Shown: positions 36,049 through 43,561 of the stretch, piece by piece | How positions within the stretch are numbered: position 1 is the stretch's first letter | How the letters are laid out: every line of letters starts with the position of its first letter | Source: a virus | Taxonomy: Duplodnaviria > Caudoviricetes | Length of the DNA stretch: 60,468 nt | Virus record (IMG/VR): IMGVR_UViG_3300036793_000054 | Span: 1-60,468 of that record | Reading direction: 5' to 3' (one strand) | Notes under the pieces: model-generated | What the model was told of the DNA's origin: nothing | The model's input: only the letters and a program-made list of their open reading frames with translations | The model's database searches: none | Translations under genes and position numbers: made by a program

Positions 36049-37946
36049 GCAAGCACCCGCTCGCCCGCCTGCTCGGTGACGGTGTCATCGCCGGGGTCAC
36101 CACCTGGGCCGTCTGGCGCTTCCTGCTCAAGCCCATGGGCCGGGGCGTCAGCCACCTCGGGTACCGCTGGCGGCGCTTCCTCACGCCCCTGTGGCTCTCG
36201 CTCGGCATCGAGATCACCGCGATCATCTGGCACCGGCTGGCACCGTGGTACTGGTGGCTGGCACTGGCACTGCCGGTCTTCGGTGGTACCGCTGCGGTAC
36301 TGGGACCACGCCTGTCGACTGGCTGGTCCCGGCTGGCACTGGTCCTGGTACCGGAGTCGATGGACGGTGGCCGCAAGGGCGCCCTGGATCGAGTACCAGA
36401 ACGGATCTACTCGGCTGCGGTACTGAGCTACCTCGGCCTGTGGCTGGCACTGCGGGTCGGTACCGGTGCCAGCGCGCTCACCACCTACGGCTTCTGGGCG
36501 GGCGTGATCGGCTTCGGTGGTACCTGGTGGTACCACCGCCGGATCCGGACCGCCGGGATCGCGGACCGCTACGCCCGGTCCTGGAAGACTCTCGCGAACC
36601 CGGACACCGGTCCGATCAAGGAGCTGCACGGGTCGCGGTGCGTGGAGGCACGGGGTAGGGGACGCAACGTCGCCTACCTGACCGTGCGGCTGAAGGGCGG
36701 CTTGACCGTCGCCGACCTGTCCAACCGGCTGGACCAGCTGTGCAGCTTCTGGAGCCTGCGGCGCGGTGCCATCACCCTCTCCGAAGATGAGAGCAACGCG
36801 CGGCGCGCCTACCTGCAGATTCTGCGCGGGGACCCGTGGCGCCACGACATTCCGCACCCGCTGCCCGAACCCGGGACCGTCTCTCTGCTCGGTCTCCGCG
36901 AGACGATACCGATGTTGGGCCTGCTGGCGAACGGTGAGCAGGAGACCATGCGCACCCGGCACCTGCAGATCATCGGCAAGAACGGCTCCGGCAAGACCGT
37001 GCTGCTGGAGGACCTGATGATCTGGATCTCCAGCTTCACCGATGCCCAGATGGTCGGCGCCGACATGGCATCCGGTGCCACGTTCGCGATGTGGCAGCCG
37101 GTCATGCTGCTGCCGGTCGCGATCAACTACGAGCAGACGCTGGAGCTGCTGCGCCGAGTGGTCGCCGAGATCGAGTACCGCGAGGCCAAGCTGGGCGTCG
37201 ACAAGGCGACCGGGCAGGCCAACGACTCGATCGTGATCAGCCCCGAGGAGCCAGCGCTGTTCTGCCTGGTAGACGAGTTGCCAAAGTTTGTCAGTCATTG
37301 CCAGATGCTCGGCGCCAAGGGCAAGGAGGGCATTCACCTGCTCAACGTGATCGGCCAGCAGGGGCGCAAGGTCCGAGTCTGGGTGATCGCCTGCGCGCAG
37401 AACGGCTCGAAGGCGAACATGGCCACCAAGGAGCTCCAGGCCCAGATGTCCACGATCAGCTTCTACCTGAGCGAGCACGCTTCGCGGGTGCTGTGGGGTG
37501 CCGACGTGCGGCAGGGCTGGTCGTCCTCGGGGCTGAAGAACGGCCAGGCGCTGCTGCAGGACGACGAACACACCGAGCCGAACGTGTTCAAGGCCGTCTT
37601 CGCCACAAAGGCGCAGCGTGCGGCACACATCCGCAAGGCCTCGGCGGTGCCGCGACCGGCGGGGATCTGTCCTGGCCTGTTCGCGGCGGTGGATCCGGTT
37701 GAGCCAGTGACCGTGGTTGACGCCCCGGTAACCGAGTCGAAGACCGATGCGCTGGATCGGCTGATCATCCAGACCCTGTGCGACCGGCCGCAGGCGCACT
37801 GGAAGGAGCTGGCCGAGCTGGGCGGGGTCGCGAAGCCGACGCTGTACCGGAGCTTGAAGCGCCTGGTCAACCTGGGTGAGATCCACTCGATCGGCAAGGG
37901 CTGCTACCGGATCGGCCGCGACCCCGACATGAGCCAGGCAGCCTAA
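36045..37946 (+). CDS. TraB-like FtsK/SpoIIIE DNA translocase, 633 aa
   Basis: N-terminal TMs, Walker A GKNGSGKT, Walker B LFCLVDE, GRKVRVWVIACAQ, C-terminal wHTH (KELAELGGVAKPTLYRSLKRL). Confidence 0.85.
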   Translation: MSKHPLARLLGDGVIAGVTTWAVWRFLLKPMGRGVSHLGYRWRRFLTPLWLSLGIEITAIIWHRLAPWYWWLALALPVFGGTAAVLGPRLSTGWSRLALVLVPESMDGGRKGALDRVPERIYSAAVLSYLGLWLALRVGTGASALTTYGFWAGVIGFGGTWWYHRRIRTAGIADRYARSWKTLANPDTGPIKELHGSRCVEARGRGRNVAYLTVRLKGGLTVADLSNRLDQLCSFWSLRRGAITLSEDESNARRAYLQILRGDPWRHDIPHPLPEPGTVSLLGLRETIPMLGLLANGEQETMRTRHLQIIGKNGSGKTVLLEDLMIWISSFTDAQMVGADMASGATFAMWQPVMLLPVAINYEQTLELLRRVVAEIEYREAKLGVDKATGQANDSIVISPEEPALFCLVDELPKFVSHCQMLGAKGKEGIHLLNVIGQQGRKVRVWVIACAQNGSKANMATKELQAQMSTISFYLSEHASRVLWGADVRQGWSSSGLKNGQALLQDDEHTEPNVFKAVFATKAQRAAHIRKASAVPRPAGICPGLFAAVDPVEPVTVVDAPVTESKTDALDRLIIQTLCDRPQAHWKELAELGGVAKPTLYRSLKRLVNLGEIHSIGKGCYRIGRDPDMSQAA

Positions 37947-37951
37947 GCAGC

Positions 37952-37987
37952 AGACACCCCCCGGGTCTCGTCTCCCGGGGGGTGTCT
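37952..37987. terminator. Terminator hairpin between convergent genes
   Basis: 14-bp stem AGACACCCCCCGGG/CCCGGGGGGTGTCT. Confidence 0.8.
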
Positions 37988-37998
37988 CGTCTCTGGTG

Positions 37999-38160
37999 TT
38001 ACTTGCGCTTGCCGAGCAGTTTGCACTCGGACACGGTGCGCGCCGGGAACTTGGCTTCGAACTTCTCAATTGCCTTGGTCTGGCTCTCGGCCGCGACGTT
38101 GACGAAGCCCTGCGACTTACCATCCAGGTAGGTGATCTGGTAGGTCCACTGTTCGGCCAT
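37999..38160 (-). CDS. Small protein, paralog A1
   Basis: ACCGAGGAGG RBS; MAEQWTYQITY. Confidence 0.7.
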   Translation of the reverse strand: MAEQWTYQITYLDGKSQGFVNVAAESQTKAIEKFEAKFPARTVSECKLLGKRK

Positions 38161-38192
38161 TTTGTCCTCCTCGGTTCGTGCTGACATGGACC

Positions 38193-38222
38193 ATGTTACC
38201 CGACGTGGTTAGCGGGACACAA
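38193..38222 (-). promoter_or_regulatory. Repeated promoter/operator, copy 11
   Basis: TTGTGT-CCCGCTAACCACGTCGGG-TAACAT. Confidence 0.85.
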
Positions 38223-38239
38223 TAGGCATCTACCTGCGA

Positions 38240-38404
38240 TTACTCGTTGACCCTGCAGGAGTTGACCGTGCGGTCCGGGTGCGCCGCCTTGAACTTCTCG
38301 ATCGCCGCCGCCTTGCTGCGCGCCGACACGTTGATCGTGCCCTTCGGTACGCCACCGCCGCTGTAGCTGATCTCGTAGTTGTGTTCGCCCGCTTTAGCTG
38401 GCAT
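38240..38404 (-). CDS. Small protein, paralog A2, 54 aa (not in track)
   Basis: MPAKAGEHNYEISY...AIEKFKAAHPDRTVNSC; GAGGAGG RBS. Confidence 0.7.
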   Translation of the reverse strand: MPAKAGEHNYEISYSGGGVPKGTINVSARSKAAAIEKFKAAHPDRTVNSCRVNE

Positions 38405-38425
38405 GTCCTAATCCTCCTCGTTGGG

Positions 38426-38665
38426 TTACTTGCCGAAAATCGTCCGCAGCGCCTTGGTCAACTCACGCTGCACCACCGCCGGATCCTTCAGCTGTATCGC
38501 CGACAGCTTGACCTGCGCGTTGTTCAGCGTGCCCGGCCACGCGCAGGACATCGTCCAGCGCGACTTGCTGTCCCGATGCACCGTCGCCAGCGCGTGGCCG
38601 CTCGCCTCGCGCTTGATCGTCTTGCCCACCGGCATGTCGCTGATCTCATCCGCATCGATCAACAT
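38426..38665 (-). CDS. Hypothetical protein
   Basis: GAGGAGG RBS. Confidence 0.65.
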   Translation of the reverse strand: MLIDADEISDMPVGKTIKREASGHALATVHRDSKSRWTMSCAWPGTLNNAQVKLSAIQLKDPAVVQRELTKALRTIFGK

Positions 38666-38834
38666 CTGCGCCTCCTCGCGCGCTCGCGTCCGCGCTCGTG
38701 CGCGTCACGCGTGATGCGTGCACACGCGCACTATGTATGCGCGCGGGTTTGCGTCTCCGTCTCTGGGTGTGCGCTCGCGCGTAATGCACGCAGGCGCGAG
38801 AGATCATGAGACTGAGACGATGTGAATCGGACTT

Positions 38835-38883
38835 TCACGGTCATTCGGGCGGCATACCTCGCATACCGCCCGAATGACCGTGA
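38835..38883. repeat. Perfect 18-bp inverted repeat
   Basis: TCACGGTCATTCGGGCGG-13nt-CCGCCCGAATGACCGTGA. Confidence 0.9.
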
Positions 38884-38912
38884 TCATGGTGTCTCACCCC
38901 GGTCCGACCGGG

Positions 38913-39146
38913 CTACCTGCCGATCGCCTTGCGGGCTGGCAGCCGTCGCGCCGTCGCCTGCACCGGACCGGACTTCGGCTGCGGCAGGCCAGGAGGCGCC
39001 GACTTCAGCGGATCCCCCATCTTGTTCGCCTGCTCGCAGAGCTTCTGCGCCTTGCTCTTGGACACTCCGCCCACCTGGGTCTTGCGAGTGCCCAGGTCGA
39101 ACACCTGGAACTTGCCGCCATCCTGGCGAACCTCGTAGCGCCTCAT
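38913..39146 (-). CDS. Hypothetical protein
   Basis: CCGAGGAGG RBS. Confidence 0.65.
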   Translation of the reverse strand: MRRYEVRQDGGKFQVFDLGTRKTQVGGVSKSKAQKLCEQANKMGDPLKSAPPGLPQPKSGPVQATARRLPARKAIGR

Positions 39147-39304
39147 CGCTTGAACCTCCTCGGCTGGTTGAACTCCCGGTTCTTCCGACCGACCAGCGAC
39201 TGTGCCGCCTGCTCGGTCAGCCCGGTCTCCACCGCGCGGTGCCCGTGCACCGGCTTGACGGTCCAGCTGCCCGGCGTGGCTTCGTACGCGATGTAGGCGT
39301 TCAT
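39143..39304 (-). CDS. Hypothetical protein, 53 aa (not in track)
   Basis: MNAYIAYEATPGSW...; RBS; ATGA overlap. Confidence 0.6.
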   Translation of the reverse strand: MNAYIAYEATPGSWTVKPVHGHRAVETGLTEQAAQSLVGRKNREFNQPRRFKR

Positions 39305-39383
39305 GTTGCCCACTGCGCCCTCCTCGGGGTCATCATCGGGCCGGTCTCGATTCCGGCGACGCCTCTCGGCGTTTCGACCCAGC

Positions 39384-39629
39384 TCAGACTGCGGGCGATA
39401 GCTTGGCGAGCTCCTGCACGTAGGTGATGAGGCTGCGCAGGTCGCGCAGGTGGCCGCCGGGCGCTGCGCCCGATTCGAGGTAGTTCAGCCGCACGCCGAA
39501 GGTGTCGAACTTGCGGCCCAGGAGATCCACGCCACCGGGGGTGGCGATGCGCAGGGGTGTCTGGACGCGCACGGCTGCAGGGAGTCCGCTGGGAAGGATG
39601 AAGTGCACTACGTAGGTCTTGAGCGCCAT
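39384..39629 (-). CDS. Hypothetical protein
   Basis: GGAGG RBS. Confidence 0.65.
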   Translation of the reverse strand: MALKTYVVHFILPSGLPAAVRVQTPLRIATPGGVDLLGRKFDTFGVRLNYLESGAAPGGHLRDLRSLITYVQELAKLSPAV

Positions 39630-39660
39630 GGTGTTCCTCCGGTGTGTCGGTGATGAGATC

Positions 39661-39690
39661 ATGTTACCCGGTCACGCCAGCGGGACACAA
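39661..39690 (-). promoter_or_regulatory. Repeated promoter/operator, copy 12
   Basis: TTGTGT-CCCGCTGGCGTGACCGGG-TAACAT. Confidence 0.85.
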
Positions 39691-39693
39691 GCC

Positions 39694-39966
39694 CTACTTC
39701 GCGCGGATTCCCCGCAGCCACTCCATCCCCGCAGGCGGCTCCTCGTTCCGCAGCACCTCCACCACCTCGTCCGAGTCCGCCACCGCCTGGCGCAGCTCGG
39801 CACGCTCCGGCGCCACCGTCCATGCGTTCAGGCCGTCCCGGTCCGCCAAGGCCTCCGCGACCGCGTGCCCCACCGACATGGCCGCGTCCCCGAGCGCTCG
39901 GAAGGCCTGCCGCAGCGGCTCGATGTCGACACGGAAGGCGGACCGGACTCCATCGAGATCAGGCAT
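39694..39966 (-). CDS. Hypothetical protein
   Basis: GGAGG RBS. Confidence 0.55.
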   Translation of the reverse strand: MPDLDGVRSAFRVDIEPLRQAFRALGDAAMSVGHAVAEALADRDGLNAWTVAPERAELRQAVADSDEVVEVLRNEEPPAGMEWLRGIRAK

Positions 39967-40360
39967 GGCCAGCCTCCAGTTGTCCAGAACCGTCCAGCTC
40001 GGCCGGTGCCATCGGGTTCCACCTCTTGAACAGTGCCTCGAAGGCCTCCGCGTAGGTGTTCGCCTCAGCCATCTGGAACGACTTCATAGCCGTCTGCACC
40101 GTGTAGGTGATCACCTCGGTAACGATCATGTTCAGGCTGTACGTGGTGATCGGCGGTCGGTAGATCAGCGCGGTCAGCTGTGCCTTCGTCATCTCCCGGC
40201 TCGCCACCACGCGACACCGGCCACCGACCTTGCCGCCCACGACCACGAACTCCGGCTCATCGACCGGCGTCCACGAACCCAGACTGCTACCGTCCATCAG
40301 CTCCTCCTCATTCGCTTCACGCATCCCGGACAATCCACGCGCCTGTTGGTCAGATGCCAA
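39959..40360 (-). CDS. Hypothetical protein (start uncertain)
   Basis: GC3-biased ORF. Confidence 0.55.
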   Translation of the reverse strand: MASDQQARGLSGMREANEEELMDGSSLGSWTPVDEPEFVVVGGKVGGRCRVVASREMTKAQLTALIYRPPITTYSLNMIVTEVITYTVQTAMKSFQMAEANTYAEAFEALFKRWNPMAPAELDGSGQLEAGHA

Positions 40361-40466
40361 TCCGGCCAGCCGCCATCAGCCCGCACCACCTTGCCGCAGA
40401 GCATGATCGGCCAGTGGTTCCAGAGTGTCGTCCGACCGCTGGACTGGTGGACTGGATTGATCCAGC

Positions 40467-40808
40467 TCACGACAGCCCGCGCAGCGAGTCATAGACATAC
40501 GCCGGACCGGACTCCACCGCCAGCTTCAGCCAGGACGGGGCGGCATCCATGTCCTCCTCGCCGTAGCGGCGCCAGCGCTTCACCCGCGATAGCTGACCGT
40601 CTCGCTTGACACCGTCGCCACCGACCGCCGCGATCACCAACTGCCGCAGGCCGCCCTTGCGGCTCCAGATGATCTCTACTCGGTCCGGCAGGAACTCCAG
40701 CCCCGCGTTGTCCAGCCAGGTCTGTCCGTCGAACTGGGTGTCCGGTCCGGTCTTCAAGTTCGCCTCGAACTTCGAGACCGTGAAGGCCTCGCCGTCGATA
40801 ATCTCCAT
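40467..40808 (-). CDS. Hypothetical protein
   Basis: GAGGAGG RBS. Confidence 0.65.
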   Translation of the reverse strand: MEIIDGEAFTVSKFEANLKTGPDTQFDGQTWLDNAGLEFLPDRVEIIWSRKGGLRQLVIAAVGGDGVKRDGQLSRVKRWRRYGEEDMDAAPSWLKLAVESGPAYVYDSLRGLS

Positions 40809-40821
40809 CGTCTCCTCCTCG

Positions 40822-41463
40822 TCACAGCGCCGCAGTGATCTGCGGCAGCAGGTGTGGATCCACATAGAACGCGCCGACCACGAAGCACGCCACCATCGCC
40901 AGTGCGGTCACGATGTGCTCGCCGTGCTGCTCCCAGCCGCCCTGCGCGCCGTGGCCGCCCGTCTTGAACCGCAGCCACTCGGGGATGCCGTAATGCCGCC
41001 AGGACGCGCCACGGACCCGCAGCGGCCACAGCGCGGGCACCCCGCTGTTCGTGCAGGCATCCCCCGCGATATGGGTCAGCCAGCCCACCAGGAGCCCGCA
41101 GGCGACCGCTGGACCGTTCGCACCACCCAGCGCCGCCCAGGCCGCCAGCGGCAGCACGGGGGCGAACGCGGGGGTGTGCGTGAGGGTGCGGTGCCCGTTG
41201 GTGTGCTCGGCATCGCCCGGTCCTCGAGTCAGGTGATAGACGGCTTTGGACAGGTAGACGAACGCGCGACACAGCAGCCACGTCACCGGGCCGAGGCTGT
41301 GGGTGAGCTTGCCCTCCCGGTGATCCAGGTCGGGCGCGAGCACGCCGATGATCGCCACCGCGAAGTAGGCTGCCGCCGTTCCTGGCGTGTGCGCGATCGG
41401 CACCACCGGGTAGGTCAGCTCGGCCGCCAGCAGCCCCTCGGCCGCGTGGCCATGCCACATCAT
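40822..41463 (-). CDS. YdjM-like membrane-bound metal-dependent hydrolase
   Basis: H...PDLDH, HRTLTHT, HIAGDACTNSGVPALWP. Confidence 0.85.
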   Translation of the reverse strand: MMWHGHAAEGLLAAELTYPVVPIAHTPGTAAAYFAVAIIGVLAPDLDHREGKLTHSLGPVTWLLCRAFVYLSKAVYHLTRGPGDAEHTNGHRTLTHTPAFAPVLPLAAWAALGGANGPAVACGLLVGWLTHIAGDACTNSGVPALWPLRVRGASWRHYGIPEWLRFKTGGHGAQGGWEQHGEHIVTALAMVACFVVGAFYVDPHLLPQITAAL

Positions 41464-41759
41464 GCGAGCTCCCGGGACAGGTGCCAGTGGTTGCACCAGT
41501 CGCACGGATAGGCGCCCTGCGGATCATTGCCGATCTTCTCCAGCGCCGAGGAGCAGGCCTCGGCCGCCGCCTGAGTCGGGTAGCACATCTTGCGCTGGGC
41601 TCCCCTGGGCGCGCTCTCGCACTTCAGCGCGTACCCACGGCGGTCGGTGACCGCGTACTGCCTGATCACCTTCATGCCGTGCGGGACGGCAGGCGTGCGC
41701 GCCTCGCCCAGGATCTTCGAGCGGTCCGGCAGCGACCGGCCCCGTAGAGGCCTACCCAC
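41460..41759 (-). CDS. Hypothetical protein with YxCxxCxxWHL motif
   Basis: AYPCDWCNHWHLSR. Confidence 0.6.
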   Translation of the reverse strand: MGRPLRGRSLPDRSKILGEARTPAVPHGMKVIRQYAVTDRRGYALKCESAPRGAQRKMCYPTQAAAEACSSALEKIGNDPQGAYPCDWCNHWHLSRELA

Positions 41760-42042
41760 AGCACGGTCCCAGCAACTCGCCAGTGCGGCCACTCGCCGAG
41801 AAGCGCACCAGGTCACCTGCCTGAAACTCGATCCCGCAGTCGGCACACACGCCCGACCACTTCGCCACGAACGGCCGAGACGACTTGATGTCGGCTCGCG
41901 CCTGCTCCTCCGGCGTCTGGCCGCCCCGGTGCTTGCGGCAGGCGCACATGCTGACCGGCAGCTCGGTGATCTCGCACTCCGCCTCCGGCTCCTCGGTGTC
42001 CCAGTCGGCAACATGCTCCAGCCATGGATCCCCGCCGCTCAT
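41752..42042 (-). CDS. Hypothetical Cys-rich protein
   Basis: AKWSGVCADCG; ATGA overlap. Confidence 0.6.
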   Translation of the reverse strand: MSGGDPWLEHVADWDTEEPEAECEITELPVSMCACRKHRGGQTPEEQARADIKSSRPFVAKWSGVCADCGIEFQAGDLVRFSASGRTGELLGPCCG

Positions 42043-42533
42043 GATCCAGCCTCCAGCCGTGCCCGCCGAGCGGTCAGCGAGTCGTTGTCGACCAGGGTCG
42101 CGTGCACTTTCGCCGGTTGGTCCAGCTTCAGCAGCAGCTCGGCCAGCCGCTCCTTGACCAGCGTGTCGTTGGACGACGCCACCTCGAACTTGCCATTGAC
42201 GGTCAGCGACCAGGTCGCGCCGTTCGCCTCGCGCCGGATCTCGAAGACCGTCGTGTCCGCCATGCACGGCCCGTCATGCGGGTGACCAGTGCCCCGGCAG
42301 GTCCAGCACTTGCCGTTGGTCTCGGGGTCGCTGGTGTTGCCGTGCCCATCACAGTCGGTGCAACAGCCAGCAAACTTCACGCGCAGCTCCTGCGCGTAGT
42401 CGGCCATTGCCAGCAGGGTCACGCCCATCAGGTGCTCCTGGTCGGAGACGCCCCGGGATGCCCAGCCGGGCGCCGTCCAGCGGGTCGCGGTCCAGCGTGC
42501 GTGCGCGAGCTGATCGGGAGTCATTTTGGTCAT
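42039..42533 (-). CDS. Protein with DnaJ-type CxxCxGxG zinc motifs
   Basis: CTDCDGHG...CWTCRGTG. Confidence 0.6.
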   Translation of the reverse strand: MTKMTPDQLAHARWTATRWTAPGWASRGVSDQEHLMGVTLLAMADYAQELRVKFAGCCTDCDGHGNTSDPETNGKCWTCRGTGHPHDGPCMADTTVFEIRREANGATWSLTVNGKFEVASSNDTLVKERLAELLLKLDQPAKVHATLVDNDSLTARRARLEAGS

Positions 42534-43018
42534 CACCGGCCGCCCGTCACGCGCTTCAGCGCCGCGTTGCACTCGGCGATCGTGTCCCGGTAACGCTCGT
42601 GCAGCTGCTCGCAGTCGGCGCGGTCGCTGCGCTGCTGCATCTTCAGCTGGGTGATCTCGATGGTCGCACCGGACAGGTCGCCCCAGCCCTGCGCGATCAG
42701 TGTGGTCACGATCTGACCGGCCAGCGCCATCGCGATGTCCGCCCGCAGCCCGGTGTTGTCCAACTGGCTGGCGCGCAGGGGCGTGCCACGGAGTGCGGCA
42801 TAGACGTTGCGCTGCGCCTCCTGGCGCTCCTCGGGTGCGACGTGCGGCCGAACGCTGGCGCCGTTGGTGGCCTCCAGCTCGGCGGCCAGAGTGCGCGCCT
42901 CGGACAGGCCCAGATGCGAAACTGCGGCGATCGCGCCCATCTTCCAGGCCTGCCGCCGCTGAAGGTCCATGTTTGCCCAGTTCGAGGGGTAGGGCACCCC
43001 GTGATAGGTATCGGTCAT
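42533..43018 (-). CDS. Hypothetical protein (leaderless)
   Basis: ATG 6 nt after TAACAT. Confidence 0.65.
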   Translation of the reverse strand: MTDTYHGVPYPSNWANMDLQRRQAWKMGAIAAVSHLGLSEARTLAAELEATNGASVRPHVAPEERQEAQRNVYAALRGTPLRASQLDNTGLRADIAMALAGQIVTTLIAQGWGDLSGATIEITQLKMQQRSDRADCEQLHERYRDTIAECNAALKRVTGGR

Positions 43019-43024
43019 ACGGGC

Positions 43025-43054
43025 ATGTTACCCGACCGGACCACCGGGTTACAA
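43025..43054 (-). promoter_or_regulatory. Repeated promoter/operator, copy 13
   Basis: TTGTAA-CCCGGTGGTCCGGTCGGG-TAACAT. Confidence 0.85.
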
Positions 43055-43561
43055 GTCCAGATCCCCCGGACGCACCGGAATGCCCAGCCGGATCCGCGCC
43101 GCGACCACACTGCGGGTGATCCGGGTATCCGGCCGGTACCGACGACCGTTCGGCGCCCGCCAGAACCCACCCTCCAGCGGAGTCCAGTCCGCCGGGTTGT
43201 GGATGTCGTTGCGCTTGCGGTGCTTGAACTCGGTCGTGCGCACCGCCGCCGCCAAGCTGTCCCCCTGGTCCACGTCCGTCAACTCGTCCAGGTCGAAGCT
43301 CTCGCCCTTCCAGCGCGCGTAGCTGGCCACCTGCACCTCGATGAACGCCGAGGCGATCGCCCGCGCCAGCTCGTGCGGATTGCCCGCCACCGCCGCCCAG
43401 CCGCGCGCCAGCGGAGTGGACACCCGCAGCCGACCGCCCGGCAGCGACTCGATCCGCAGATCCAGCTCACGCACCTGGTGCCGGGTCGGCGCCGACCCCC
43501 GCAGCATGCCGTCCGGATTCGCCCGATGCGTCTGCACTTGCCGGGGGATCTCCACGCTCAC
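43049..43561 (-). CDS. Hypothetical protein coupled to terminase gene
   Basis: GTGA overlap with terminase stop; WRAPNGRRY. Confidence 0.65.
   Translation of the reverse strand: MSVEIPRQVQTHRANPDGMLRGSAPTRHQVRELDLRIESLPGGRLRVSTPLARGWAAVAGNPHELARAIASAFIEVQVASYARWKGESFDLDELTDVDQGDSLAAAVRTTEFKHRKRNDIHNPADWTPLEGGFWRAPNGRRYRPDTRITRSVVAARIRLGIPVRPGDLDL

Larger units (their letters stand above)
34970..36534. repeat. Dispersed GGTACC palindrome array (19 exact copies)
   Basis: Counted by eye; positions in findings. Confidence 0.85.

Noticed and set aside
34970-36534. GGTACC as a cloning artefact (KpnI) or pure Val-Pro coding effect
   Set aside because: Sites keep reading frames intact and occur in three codon phases and in non-coding DNA
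36045-37946. FtsK-like ATPase as the packaging motor
   Set aside because: A canonical terminase and portal are present; TM plus wHTH architecture fits TraB
35688-38123. 811-aa minus-strand ORF
   Set aside because: Shadow of the translocase gene, which has clear motifs on the plus strand
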